Positions 1 to 13,042 are shown, numbered from the stretch's first letter. The stretch: 43,759 nt of DNA from Octopus bimaculoides (GCF_001194135.2 NC_068982.1:99437097-99480855); one strand, 5' to 3'. A program made the numbers and translations. The notes: generated from the letters alone by a model not told the origin.

Positions 1-232
1 GAAAATGTTGTGACCAGGTCGAGGCTTTTTTCATATCATCCATGTTCTTGGCATACAATTTCAAATCATCGACAAAGAAGCAGTGCGTAATTTTGGTGTG
101 TCTGTTTGCCTGCGTTCCAATTAGATACCCTTCAGACTTCTTCAGCATGTATGATAATGGGTTTACCGACAGTATGAACAGCATCACAGAGAGGCTGTCT
201 CCTTGGAATATTCCCCTGCGATATTGTATTTT
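1..232 (-). mobile_element. R4/Dong-clade non-LTR retrotransposon reverse transcriptase fragment (runs off window start)
   Basis: Manual minus-strand translation gives RGIFQGDSLSVMLFILSVNPLSYMLKKSEGY...THCFFVDDLKLYAKNMDDMKK, i.e. the QGDSLS and F/YxDDLKLY RT motifs. A 1-bp deletion near 26-31 shifts the following LDLVTTFS. The 5'-truncated end abuts (TATG)n. Confidence 0.85.
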
Positions 233-241
233 TTAATTTTT

Positions 242-275
242 TATGTATGTATGTATGTATGTATGTATGTATGTA
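242..275. repeat. (TATG)n microsatellite
   Basis: Direct tandem repeat in the sequence. Confidence 0.95.
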
Positions 276-615
276 TTATGTGAATAATGGCATAGTCACT
301 TACAGGTTTCTAACGGAGCAATCTCTGGTTCATAGTAGTTCTGGCACAGAGTGACTCGTCGCAGAACAAATATCCTTCCTTAGGGAGTTCGTTCATAAAA
401 CCCCAGCTTTTCAGTTTTTTTTTCTTACTTATGTTTACATCCTGTTATTTATTGATACCTAAGTGCTTTAAATTTTTTGAAAGATACATTTTGGTTACGA
501 ACTCAATACCGTTGCAGTGAGCCTTCAGCCTCATATAGCTTGCTATATGACATAAGCTGACTGTTCCTGTAGCTTGCACAATGACCTAACAAGACAGTTC
601 CTATAGGTTGCAGTA

Positions 616-646
<31 letters not shown>

Positions 647-855
647 CTCTTTTACTTGTTTAAGTCATTTGACTGTGGCCATGCTGGAGCACCGCCTTTA
701 GTCGAGCAAATCGACCCCAGGACTTATTCTTTGGAAGCCTAGTACTTATTCTATCGGTCTCTTTTGCCGAACTGCTAAGTTACGGGGACGTAAACACACC
801 AGCATCGGTTGTCAAGTGATGTTGGGAGGACAAACACAGACACACAAACATATAC
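647..855 (-). mobile_element. tRNA-derived SINE family B, 3' half (rest lost in the N gap)
   Basis: Reverse complement closely matches 11520-11730 (AATAAGTCCTGGGGTCGATTTGCTCGACTAAAGGCGGTGCTCCAGCATGGCC...). Confidence 0.88.
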
Positions 856-1294
856 NNNNNNNNNNNNNNNNNNNNNNNNNNNNNNNNNNNNNNNNNNNNN
901 NNNNNNNNNNNNNNNNNNNNNNNNNNNNNNNNNNNNNNNNNNNNNNNNNNNNNNNNNNNNNNNNNNNNNNNNNNNNNNNNNNNNNNNNNNNNNNNNNNNN
1001 NNNNNNNNNNNNNNNNNNNNNNNNNNNNNNNNNNNNNNNNNNNNNNNNNNNNNNNNNNNNNNNNNNNNNNNNNNNNNNNNNNNNNNNNNNNNNNNNNNNN
1101 NNNNNNNNNNNNNNNNNNNNNNNNNNNNNNNNNNNNNNNNNNNNNNNNNNNNNNNNNNNNNNNNNNNNNNNNNNNNNNNNNNNNNNNNNNNNNNNNNNNN
1201 NNNNNNNNNNNNNNNNNNNNNNNNNNNNNNNNNNNNNNNNNNNNNNNNNNNNNNNNNNNNNNNNNNNNNNNNNNNNNNNNNNNNNNNNNNNNNN

Positions 1295-1480
1295 GAGAAT
1301 TTACAAAAAAACAAAAGATGAAGACGGGTGTGTAAACAACAAACAGATGTATTAGTTTAACCCTCGGGAAATGAGAAAGTCTTTTACGTTTCGAGCCTAC
1401 GCTCTTCGACAGAAAGGAACAGAAACGAACAGGGAGAGAAAATCGAGAAAAGGTTTAGTGGCTAGCGATCTATCATGGCG
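1295..1480 (-). mobile_element. Probable Penelope-like terminal (pLTR-derived) fragment containing a hammerhead-like motif
   Basis: Contains the stem-GAAACGT signature typical of PLE hammerheads (1381-1416). No coding portion is visible because it is truncated by the gap. Confidence 0.55.
1381..1416 (-). ncRNA. Minimal type I hammerhead-like motif with non-canonical core (CUGUCGA)
   Basis: Minus strand parses as CTTT-CTGTCGA-A-GAGC(gtag)GCTC-GAAA-CGTA-AAAG. Stem I (CTTT/AAAG) and stem II are perfectly paired; core position 6 is U instead of A. Confidence 0.5.
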
Positions 1481-1629
1481 ATCTATTCTTGTTTTGGTCT
1501 TAACTCCTTTGAACTTCTTTGAACTTCTCTGAATTTATCCACTTACAGTATACCACCCTCCTTTATCCTCCAAACCTTTCGTACTAGCGGCGTTACCCTG
1601 TTATCTTACTATAATTGCATTTATATTGT

Positions 1630-1862
1630 GATTTGGAAGAAGGAGGAGGAGGGGGACAAGGTAGCTGTAGGATGAGAAAGAAGCGGACAAAGTGGTGGCA
1701 CAGGAGATGGAGGAGACATGAAATTTAGAGAATGTAGAGGTGAGAAAAGAAGAGAAGGAAGTGAAGGAAGGAGATGAGGTGGAAGAAGAGTAGAGTGGAT
1801 AAGAAAGAAAGAAATAAAGACAGAAATAAAGAAAGAAAAGAGGAAGGAGGAGGAGGAGGAAA
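1630..1862. repeat. GA-rich low-complexity tract (GGA/GAAA-type degenerate repeats)
   Basis: Purine-rich plus strand; it explains the low-complexity ORFs at 1725-1983. Confidence 0.75.
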
Positions 1863-3514
1863 TGAATCCAAAATCTTAGCGGAAGCCCTAACTGCCTGTA
1901 AGGAACCCATGTTGCTGTTCAGTTTAAACTTTTATACACTGACGTCTGTCACAGGAGTTCTGAATTTCACGCGGGTTCTATGATTGAGAGACATAGTAAA
2001 AATTAGTGTAGAGCTGAGGAAACAGTATAGTTTTTGACGAAGGCGCCACGCAAATTGTTATTTCAGAAGTGATAGTACCTGCAATAGAAGATAGCGAGAA
2101 AGGAAACAAATGATCTATAAGTTAGTGTTCGTAATGACGGCGAGCTTTTTTCATCAACCGAGTCAGTTTTCAGAAGATGCATAGTAGAGTATTTGTATGT
2201 ACAATATACAAAAATTCTATTAATATTTGTAGCACCAAATATTATTCTACGCCTCCTCGAAAAAAAAAAATATTCAGCTGGTTAATGAAATTCTGTTGAT
2301 CAGTGCTCTAATATGGATCAAGCCTGAAATTTGTAATGGTTCAACAAAAGTGCAGAGCTGAAATAATTTTTAGCCTTGAAGAAATAATCCTGTCTTTGTG
2401 ATGCAGTTTTAAAGTGTGCTAAGTCAAAGAATGCTGTACTGCATGCAACACACAAAAACATCTTAATTGATATTCCCTTTTTATTTGGAGAAAGCAAAAA
2501 TCTCGTGACAATTATTAGAAACGTACTAAAAAGGTGGAAATAGTTTCAGAAGTTAATTATATGTGTCTAGGAGTAAGTTTGATATTTATTTGCAGGCGAG
2601 GGACAACTATGGGATTGTTTCAACCTGTTAGATCTCATAGTCTACTCGGGCCAGTATGATCAGTTGATAAAAAATTTTTGCACATAGAAAAATAGTTAGA
2701 AATATACAAATTATAATGATCCATAATTATTCGTTAAATCTTTTTTTTGTGCGACAGCTTTTGTAAACTGATCATATAAGCTCTGGTGATGTATAACAGA
2801 CCGAAACACGTCTATAACGATCCGCTTGTAAACAAAAATCAGCTTTTCCCTTGGACTTATAAATTCACTTTATTGCTTCCTTGTAATTATCTACCCCTTT
2901 TCTTGAGAGTCTCTAACAATTGCCACAAGGTTTCTCTTTTCTTTCCCCACTACGCTTCTTATTACTTGCACAAATTCAAATTGTTGATCCATTTCAGTTT
3001 AGTCTTCTTAACTCAATAAAATTCTTAAATATACGTTGTCAAGTTAAATAAATTGAGCTCAGGAAAACTAGAATGAACACCACATTGTCCCACTTCCTTC
3101 CGAAAAAAAAAATTGGTTTGAATTACATTTGCCACAAGCAGACAAAATTTATTCATGACATTAACAGAGCTCTCTATCTCGCATTAGTCTGTCGGGTTGG
3201 GAGAGCCTGCCAAAGTTTAGGGCACAGCTGCTCCACCTGTTTCCTTTTTTACTACCTCTTTTCTCTACTCCTTTCCCACCTCATCTTCCTTTCTCCTCCT
3301 CTCTTCTCACCTCTCTTCCACTTCATCTCCACTTCCTTAACCACTACACTTCCTCCTCCTAAATAACATAGCAAGTATTTCAGAATAAACTTTATGCCTT
3401 GAAACTTCCAGTATTGTAAGAAACATATGAAACACCATATGATTATGCAAATTATACTGGCCAAAATACTTCATAACTCTCTAATTCTGAAAGTCTATGT
3501 CCACGTATTTAAGT

Positions 3515-3560
3515 TGGCCCGAGATGACTACTGGCCCGAGATGACTACTGGCCCGAGATG
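3515..3560. repeat. 17-bp tandem repeat TGGCCCGAGATGACTAC x2.7
   Basis: Units at 3515-3531 and 3532-3548, partial unit at 3549-3560. Confidence 0.95.
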
Positions 3561-3582
3561 AGATCTCCTAAAACCAAAACAT

Positions 3583-4049
3583 GCATGCCCAAGACACATA
3601 CCCACTTACAAATACATGCATTCTCACATCCATATACATACGCACATTCAAATGCTTTCGGTGAAATGAAAATGTACCTGCTATCTTGCCAAAAAACAAC
3701 AATCTAAATATTTCTCCTAAACATGAAAATTTAATTTTCTCTGAAATTTCTTACAATTATCCCCACTTTCGTTAGGAAGTTGTTAACAATTGCATGTAGG
3801 TTTTAAATTTCTTTCTTCAACTTAGATGCGAATTTCAATTCCTCTAAAGTTTTTTGTTAATATTATTCAGAACATTTGCCTTTCAGTATTTGAGAACGTG
3901 TTTTAAAAATGTTTTCGAATATAGAATGATAGTTCGTATTTATAACACATGTGCACACGCATGCACAAGACACATACCCACTTACAAATACATGCATTCT
4001 CACATTCATATACATACGTACATTCAAATGCTTTCGGTGAAATGAAAAT
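3583..4049. repeat. 91-bp direct repeat pair (3583-3673 and 3959-4049) around a 285-bp spacer
   Basis: Manual alignment shows 3 mismatches over 91 bp. Confidence 0.9.
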
Positions 4050-7000
4050 ACTGAATATTGGATGAAAATATTGGAATTAATTCAGGTGATCCTTGGCTTC
4101 ATGACTATATCACACGTTTCGTGCTATCACCAACAATAACATTTAATTCTAAGCACTTTGCTTCGTAAGTATATGTCAAAGTAGATAAATTTCATCCCGC
4201 AGAATGTCAGAGAATTAACTCTCAGGTTTCGGGAAACGTAGAACTGTCATGTCACATTTACAACTTCGCAGTTAAGTTTCCCTTTAATTCAATATTTCGC
4301 AAGACGTGATTTACGAGGATAAATTCAAACACATAGATGCCTTAATTATGAAATAATAGAGCCGGTTATGTTTGAATACTTGTATTTCGGCAACATAAAT
4401 CGCTGTACATTTAATTAGATATTTTAGAATTTTATTAAAAGACATGAACGTTATCTGTGAAGTAACAAGTTAAAAAGTTTATACCAAGTTGTAGTTACCA
4501 CTATGTTAATTTTGCTCAGCACATTGTATTCTATATTTACATGTTGTCTGAGAAACATACAAGTTCTTTTCATATTTGCGAATGCCTAGATATACAGATT
4601 GAAATGTGATTATAATATAAATAGCCTTGGTTAAAAACTTGGTTAATGTAGTATTCAAAGCGGCTTACTCTAAATTTAACTTTGTATATTAATTCTAGAA
4701 TGTTCTACAACTTCTGTAACAACTTTCTAAAGGTCTATAGTATAAAATGATAATTTGCTACAAAAGAACGAAGAACAAAAGAACGATCGGTGGGATCGTG
4801 AAAATAAGAAATTGTACTTCTATCATCTTTTCCCAAGTGCATTCAAAAAATATACCAACGCACTTAGGTAATATTTGAAAGTCACTCTATCTTACAGCTT
4901 TTCTAAAACTCTAAGATTTCATGCAGTTTTGATATGTGCATTTTGTTGAATATTTACAAAGGTAGGTGCTAGTCATATTGTTAGGAATTTCTGATCTGAA
5001 ACGGCTCATTGCTTAGCACCTTGATCAACTCTAGTGAAGGAAACCAATGGTCAAAGGTATTCCGGCTATAACCTTTCCGTCTTCTTTCAAACATAGCATA
5101 TTAAAGATAACAGTTATGTAATGTTATTCATTTCGTAGACGGTAGATACAGTTTGTGTGAAACTTGGTTGCTATATATGTCAGACCGGAGGACTACATGC
5201 ATCGGTAACCAAAACGTATGTTTAAAGTACTTAGCTATCAATAAATAACAGATCACGGCTGTATTTAGGGCTAACATTATATAAGTGACAAATAGTTTCA
5301 TTAACTTGAAGACTTGCAGGAATTAGTTCAAATTAAATCAGATTTTACCCGATTTCATCAGATTAATTGCTAAAGTTTCCAGTGAATTTACTACTGAATT
5401 TACTAAAAACTTCAGGTTTTACTGGAAGTTCCTGACTGGTATATTGGTTCTCAAACTGCTGTTAACTGAAATACACCATTTATTGTGCTTTATTATTTTA
5501 AGATCTAATCCAGTTGTACTGACTTTTGATTAGACTCGACCTGATAAAAATTAAAGCATTGTTTTCTTTCTTGCTATTTTCTTTGCTAACGCAAGCACTT
5601 CTGCTCTTCTGGAATATCAATTTGCGTAGCATCTTCGCACAAATCACCTGATAGAATCGGCAAGAAAACATTAACAAAAGAAAAATTTAACTATTTCCTG
5701 GTGAGTAATGCCTTGGCATACACAGCGATAAAATTATAGCAAAACTGGAACTCGAGAAAAGTAAGAAAGAGTATAAAGCGATTAAAACATCAAATTAAAT
5801 ATGAGCTTTACTGATGATTTGTTTGGAAATTAATCTAAATAGATTGCATTACAACTTTCTAGTTTACACCGAGGCCTATGCATATGCCAAGATATAGAAA
5901 TTCTCATTAGAGCTATGTCGGCTTTAACTTTACTTGTATTTTCATGCATGACAAATGCACAAGAAAAAATAAAGTAAACAGCGAGTGTATAGATATATTT
6001 AGAAGCTTTGGCAATGGAAAGCCAGCAGGAAAAGTAGTGTCAAATATGTCTTATGAGGTAAAATGTTTTATTCAATGAGATTTATTGTCACGTTTTTTAC
6101 GAGTACAATGAGAATTTGCGTCGAAAATGTCTAGATTCTGTGGCTAATTCCACCTATGCTTGTAAAATATCCGCTGTTAATAAAATAAGGACATGTAATG
6201 GCGCAGTGCAACAAAGAAATGAGGGAACGTATTTTGAATGTGTTATACTCAGATTGTGTACTGGCTAGCGTTGCCAGCTCCTACAGCTCCTACAGGTTCG
6301 TATGATGGTTAAACATTTTCCAAGGAAATGTTTTAAACTTTTTTTTAGGAATGATGGTCTAAAGCTTGATTGATACGGCAAGCATCAACACAGAAGACAA
6401 TATTAATATCCCTAGTATGGTTCCTGCTCCATGAACACGACTGACTTCGCGTAGATTCATAGATCCATGGTCCAGTTTTGGTAAGAGTTTGTCTCATAGT
6501 ATTAGAGAAGCTTCATAACAGACATGCTGAACTTCCTGGATCCCTACACTACCCTATACACGTGGGTAACATGTTTGCTGTAATTTTGATACTACATCCG
6601 AAATCATAATGGTGACATATAATTAACGATGATCTCACTCCTGCTAAATGATGATGTTTATTAAATACAATTTAAAAGTTAATGTATTTAGGCTCACCCT
6701 AAACTTGTGCATTTGAAGCAATTTTTGACGAAATGTCCAAACAGGGGTCTTAAATCCTTGAACTTTACTATTGTTGTTTGTGTAATCAGTTGCTGAACGA
6801 TGACATCTAAGTCATTACTGTACGCTTTCGTCTGGTTTTTGGAAATTAAATTGGAAGACACTGAAGTTTACTAAAGTTATTTCTTGCGTAGTTGACTAAC
6901 AGTCTAGATCTTGTTTCCTTCGTGATGAGGTTATTGCTGCAAAAGATTTGCTTACACTCAGAAGAGCTGCATGGAATTACTTTTGAAAAGCCGATGAAAA

Positions 7001-7429
7001 ACTTCACGTCCGGTGGAATATGTTACCCTTTGTCGTCTAGAAAATTGTTTTTATTTCCAATTTAGCTCTCTTATTACCGCTCACTCACTCTATTTGTCAG
7101 TTGAAGACCTTCAACATCCACACTATCCTCACTAGGGTAATAGTGAAAATTTAAAAAAGAAAAAAAAAAGAAAAAAAGAAACATCCTATTAATCGCATTA
7201 TTTCGTTTTAGTTTCAATAGTCACTAGTTAATGATATTAAGCTACTTTTTTTTAAAGACTTGAATGGCTTCTAAATTGCAGACCGCATTTATAAGTTTGT
7301 TACGATTTTCGAGTTGCTTTTAAACACGGTTCATCTGATAATAATTTAATTCCTAAATCCACGCAAAACCAGGAAATTAAAAGTTAAAATTTTATTCGGC
7401 ACATATCTTATCACCTCTTGTACCAACAA

Positions 7430-8500
7430 ATTGATTCTGGTAATCAATCATACTTGCAAAAGTGCCAATGCGATAACATAGTTTTCATGATCTGTCTTTA
7501 AATTCTCTGTTCGAAAACTCAACTGTGTTTCAAACTTAGATTTGACAGCCATTAATTAGGCATTTTTCATTGTTTAAAATTGAAGTGTTGAGCAGGAAGA
7601 GAATGAACTGAACCGAAAAAATTAACCCTCAATGCATCTTTGTTACCAATACGCACTCCAATCAAACTGAGAGAATGATTATCGTAAATAGCTTTGCAGT
7701 TCTTTTCATTATTCCTCCGCTGAACGCCACTTTTATAACCTGCCGTAACAGCAACACTGACATAACATTAAGATCGACAGTAACACAATGGCATTTCGTC
7801 TTTTGAAAATTGATCCGAAATTACTTTCTTCATATATTCAGCTTCCTTCCGTTTTAATTGGATAAATCCAAGACCCATGTCATAAAAAGCCAAAATCAAT
7901 ATAACGAACTGTAACTACTATTTGTTCTCGATGTATTTGTTCTTGACTTGAATCTAACAATAGGCCAACATGTTTTTGCCTCATGGTTTGCTAAGTAGCC
8001 GTTTTAGGGAACAGTAGAATCCATCAACTGAATACAGTGATTTTTTACTCCCTGAGAAAGATATGATATTCTTCCAGGATTATTTTCCACGTTACTGCGG
8101 TGTGCTTTCATGAGAAGATCAAACTTTGCAAACAATTTCAATAACCCCAACATTTCTGAAATTACACTCCTGTTTCGTACAATAGGATATTTTCTCACTA
8201 TACAATGCAAGATGTTGTTATCTTTTCTGGAATGCTGAATTCTTTGGAAAATACCTCACTTTTATTTCTTATACAATTTAAGCTTAAAGCTCACGGTCAT
8301 TGATTCTTCTATCTCAAAAAGTTTCCTATGGTTTCAAAACCAATGTAAACACATTTGTTTGCAGGGCATTTGAGATGTATTCTACAAACTTCCAGGTAAT
8401 CTTAATCGGGATGCTGAACGCACTCGGCTAGTTATTTTCTGCCTCGTTGAAAAATACTTATGGCTCTTAAAGGATACTCATTTCCCCATCAATTCCACTT
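7430..8500 (-). pseudogene. Degenerate hAT transposase remnant (ZMYM1/DUF4371-like, Ac/Tip100 type)
   Basis: Minus-strand segments LGLLKLFAKFDLLMKAH...ISYLSQGVKNHCIQLM, LLLDSSQEQIHREQIVVTVRYID and CRS*CYVSVAVTAGYKSGVQRR...NHSLSLIGV resemble the hAT motifs FDxxxxxH..YLSxxIQNExI, DxTxDxSxxEQ and YDxAxxMxGxxxGVQ..CxNHSLNL. Many stops and frameshifts; no TIRs found; boundaries approximate. Confidence 0.7.
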
Positions 8501-8689
8501 GCCGGTTCGTTTACACCTCTTTCTAATGCAGTAAATGTTGAGGAAAAAGTACTTTGTTCGAGAAATTATACTATGAAAACACTTGATTTTCTTTTCACCT
8601 TCTGTTTGCATATTTCGTTTCTTTCCACTGTCCTCAGCTTCATTTTCTGCTTAAACGTTTTGAAGAAATGCACACAAAGACCATTATAT

Positions 8690-8876
<187 letters not shown>

Positions 8877-9201
8877 GGAAAGAGAACGGTATTGAAATAC
8901 TGAAATCTTTAATACCCGTATTAGATACCGATATTGATACCGTTTGTTCAATAGAAATAAATTACAACATTAAGTTACTGATTTAATGACTACAAATACT
9001 TTAAAACCCATCCTTTACTTGAGTGATTAAGAGTGGTAAGAAAATATGCCAAGTAATATCAGTAATTTATAATATTCTTGAATTTTTAGCAATTGACAAA
9101 CATTATTAAGGAAGAAACAAAAAAATAAAGGAAGATCTTTAAATTCGTATAACATGGAAGAAACTAATTTAATTGAAATTAAATGAATATTTTAACTCAA
9201 A

Positions 9202-9964
9202 TATTGGTTTCAAATTTTGGCACAAAGCCAGCAAATCCTGGGTAGGGGTTTTCGACGCCGAAAAATGAAAGGTAAATTCAACCTCGGCAGAATTTGAACA
9301 CAGAGCATAAAGACGGACGAAATTCCGCTAAGCGTTTTCCCCGGCGGGCTAACGATTCTGCCAGCTCACAGCCTTAATGTTTTTAAACTCCAATACTGAT
9401 TACAAATTTGGGCACATTGCCAGCAATTTCTGGGGAGGGGTTAGTTGATTACATCGACCTCAGTACTCAGCTGGTACCTATTTTGTAGACTCCGAAAGGA
9501 TGAAAGGCAAATTCGATTAACTGGTTTCAAATTTTGGCCCATTGCTAGCAATTTCGGAGGTGTGGTACGTCGATTACATCGAACCTAGTGCTCAGCAGGT
9601 AATTATTTTATCGACTCCGAAAGGGTGAAAGGCAAAGTCGGCATCGGCAGAATTTCAACTCAGAAGGTAAGGACGGATGTAATGCCGCTAAACATTTTGC
9701 TCGGCGTGATTACGATTCTGCCAGCTCACCGTCTTATTTAAACTGATATATTGATTTCAGATGTTAGTACAAGACCAGTAATTTCTGAGGAGAGGTAAAG
9801 TCGATTGCATCGACCCCAATGTTCAACTGGTACTTATTTTATTGACCCCGAAAGGATGAAAGGTAAAGTCGACCTCGGCGGAACTTGAACTCAGAACGTA
9901 AAGACAGACGAAATGCCGCTAAGCATTTTGCCCGGTGTGATAACGTTTCTGCCAGCTCGCCGAC
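9202..9964 (-). mobile_element. Head-to-tail array of four tRNA-derived SINE family A copies (about 9202-9374, 9394-9517 truncated, 9522-9733, 9753-9964)
   Basis: Each carries parts of GGCGAGCTGGCAGAATCGTTAG...GAGTTCAAATTCCGCCGAGGTCGACTTTGCCTTTCATCCTTTCGGGGTCGATAAAATAAGTACCAG (A/B-box-like head). The last copy is flanked by TTATTTAAACTGA(T/A)ATATT at 9734-9752 and 9965-9983. Confidence 0.9.
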
Positions 9965-11300
9965 TTATTTAAACTGAAATATTAAGAACAAAAAACTATC
10001 AAGAGTTCTTATTCATTTGAAAAATAGTCAGATTATTCAGAGAAATTTTTGACGAACTTTATCTAATCGGCAGAATCTGTTTCTAATACTATGTGTTAGC
10101 TGCTACAAAATTTTCTTGTAAAGATAATTGAAAAATATCTGAATGGCAAATGACTAAAATATGAACATAATTTTGTATATTCGTTAAGTGATACTCGCGG
10201 GTAAAGAGATATATTGTAACCATACAATCTTTTTCAACAGGGGTGAAGGATTGTGAAATAGTTTGTAGTTAATGTTTGTAGTTAATTGCTAAAACGCTTT
10301 CAAGAGATGGTAACTCCCTGGAAACTGCTTTATTCTGTACATAAAGATGATGAACATTTTCTTACTCTTATAACGTTCTATGAAGAAAAATTATGAAAAC
10401 ATTCTTTTAAATTCCTTCAGTCTGTAGATAACTTAAAATTTACTGTAATATCTCTCTTCTTAATATACCTGTTAATAAATTTGAAGGTCAAGCCCAGCTG
10501 AAGATTCTTAAAAAAAGGATGAAATAGTACTATATATAATTACCACTAACTATAAATTGCAAGAACTTTGCTATAAATAAATAAATAAATAAATCACATA
10601 AATATTTACACGCGTGAACACTTTGCATTCTTTTCATATTCAATGATTTTAAATTCAAATTTCTGGTCTTGCCTCACGTTGAGGAAATAGTTTCCATTGT
10701 TAATTGACATCCAGAGGGTATTACGCCAGTAAGAAAATAAATTACAAGCATAAATATTGAGCGAATATCCGTATTGTTCATCTCACAAATTTCAAATGCG
10801 TAGAACTTTCAATGTTCATGATGACAAAGACAATTTCTATCTGTGGTGTCATTTCTCATCAATATATCTACTATTGAAACATGAGAGGGGAAATAATTGT
10901 TCTCTCTGCTGACATGTAAACATATGTGGGAAGGAGAGAGTGAGAAAAAAAAGTGAAGAAGCGGATGTCATCCATCTCGGAATGTACGCGAGCGCGTGTG
11001 TGCGTATTTGCGTGTGTTCATACTGCTATTGTAATGATCGCACGCTCAAGTTCAATACATGCACATATACACACTCGGAGTACATTTTCATATATCAATA
11101 TGGAATATCTCCGCGGTGGCACATACAAATTAGAATCTCACAACTGACACTGCAATATTAACGTCGCGAACAGATAATGCGATATACATACATAGACACA
11201 AAACCACACATACTCATACATGCATGCATTCATACATGTATACATGCATATATCTATATACACATACACGCAAATATATCCCTCTCAGAATATATCTTAT

Positions 11301-11466
11301 AGGCGCAGGAATGACTGTGTGGTAAGTAGCTTGCTTACCAACCACATGGTTTTGGGTTCATTCCCACTGCGTGGCACCTTGGGCAAGTGTCTTCTACTAT
11401 AGTCTCGGGCCAACCAAAGCCTTGTGAGTGGATTTGGTAGACGGAAACTGAAAGAAGCCCGTGGTA

Positions 11467-11513
<47 letters not shown>

Positions 11514-11730
11514 ATATGTTTGTGTGTCTATGTTTGTTCCACCCAACATCGCTCGACAACCGATGCTGGTGTGTTTACGCCCTCGTAACTTAGCGGTTCG
11601 GCAAAAGAGACCGATAGAATAAGTAGTAGACTTACAAAGAATAAGTCCTGGGGTCGATTTGCTCGACTAAAGGCGATGCTCCAGCATGGCCGCAGTTAAA
11701 TGACTGAAACAAATAAAAGAGTAAAAAGAG
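11301..11730 (+). mobile_element. Full-length tRNA-derived SINE family B with internal (TA)n(TG)n microsatellite
   Basis: tRNA-like head (TGACTGTGTGG A box; GGGTTCATTCCC B-box-like), internal microsatellite, AAAAGAGT-type tail. Homologous to 647-855 and 27463-27883. Confidence 0.88.
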
Positions 11731-13041
11731 TATAAAGACACGCTGGTATGAATAATCCATCTTTATCGAAAATGCTTTTGGAAAGAAGGCAAAGTCTCTG
11801 CTTTATTCATTACACTAGAAAACATCAAAATTCAAAATATAAAATGAAAAATACAAAGTTATGTAATATACTAAAGCAGAAATATCACAAATGTGAAAAT
11901 TTACAAATAATGATAGGAGGGTAAAGAAGAACTGACAGATGTCTATAGAATATAAGAAAGATTTAATAATAGTGGAAATGAATATATGGAAGCTTATGGA
12001 AGTATTAATTACATTAAAGAAACCTTTAATAACGAAAAGAGTAAATGCATTGGAACTATTGAAAATAGTATAGCTGATGTAACGAATGATATATTTGATA
12101 ATAATGAGATATTTGTTACGTTAAACAAAAATGCCTAAGTCGATTGAAAAGATTTCGCAAACTTCAATTGCAGCTTTTCAATAAGAATTGAAAACACCTT
12201 CAAAAGTGGAAGCAGATTGTTTGATGTGTTACTTAGCATGTAAAACACCAAATGATAAGTATATTGTAAAGGGTTTACCTTGAAATGCACGAACACCATA
12301 AGTGAAGTGAAACGGTTTCAGATGAGAATCAAAACGGAATGGCAGATTTGTCTCACGGTGAGTCTACTGTTATACTGTTGTGTAATGTTGCGCATACAAA
12401 ACGGTGACTTATTTCTCTTAGGCAGAAATTACATCCGGTGACGATCTTGGTAACTGTCTAAATGTAACTGTTTATAAACTGAATTTACTTAGTGGAAATT
12501 AAGTGTATATAAATATTTTCTTTAGGAATTAGGAATTACAGGATCTAGGAATTACAGTCGGTTCGTTAAAATCAGCTTCCTGAAAATCTTAAACATTTCC
12601 CCATTTGTACCCTTTTTCATTCAAATATTTTACTGGTTTCAATTATTGCAGTGCAGTGATGCTGAGGCAACATCTTAAAATAAATCATCCCCAGCATTTA
12701 TTTCACTGTAGTATCTATTTTATTGATCTCTATTTATCAAGTAGATAAATGATCGTTTTTTGACAAAACAATTTATATTTAACCGATGGTGTTTTGTCAA
12801 ACATAAAGAAACACGAACACAGACACACAAAAACACATACACACACATATTTTAAATTTGGTCGTGTCAGTTTCTTGATACTCTGAGATTCACCTGTGGG
12901 CGTACACGGTCTTCAGGCAAGTTACGAGTGTCGTAACTAAGGTATCAGATACTCTTTCTTTCAACAGACAACACTAAACATACATACATACAAACATACA
13001 AACATACAAACATACTTAAGAATGTGTATGTGTGTGTGAGC

Positions 13042-13042
<1 letters not shown>

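Noticed and set aside
2780-2815. CTGGTGATG...GACCGAAACACGTC, a hammerhead-like remnant
   Set aside because: The core is mutated, stems I and II cannot be formed, and I recognised no adjacent PLE coding sequence. At most a decayed relic.
6356-6460. Minus-strand small ORF MNLREVSRVHGAGTILGILILSSVLMLAVSIKL* resembling a transmembrane micropeptide
   Set aside because: Short, with an upstream in-frame stop and no splice or promoter support. Hydrophobic frames are common by chance in AT-rich DNA.
9188-9983. Repeat-spacer-like periodicity suggesting a CRISPR array
   Set aside because: The units are roughly 200-bp homologous SINEs in eukaryotic DNA, with no unique spacers and no cas genes.
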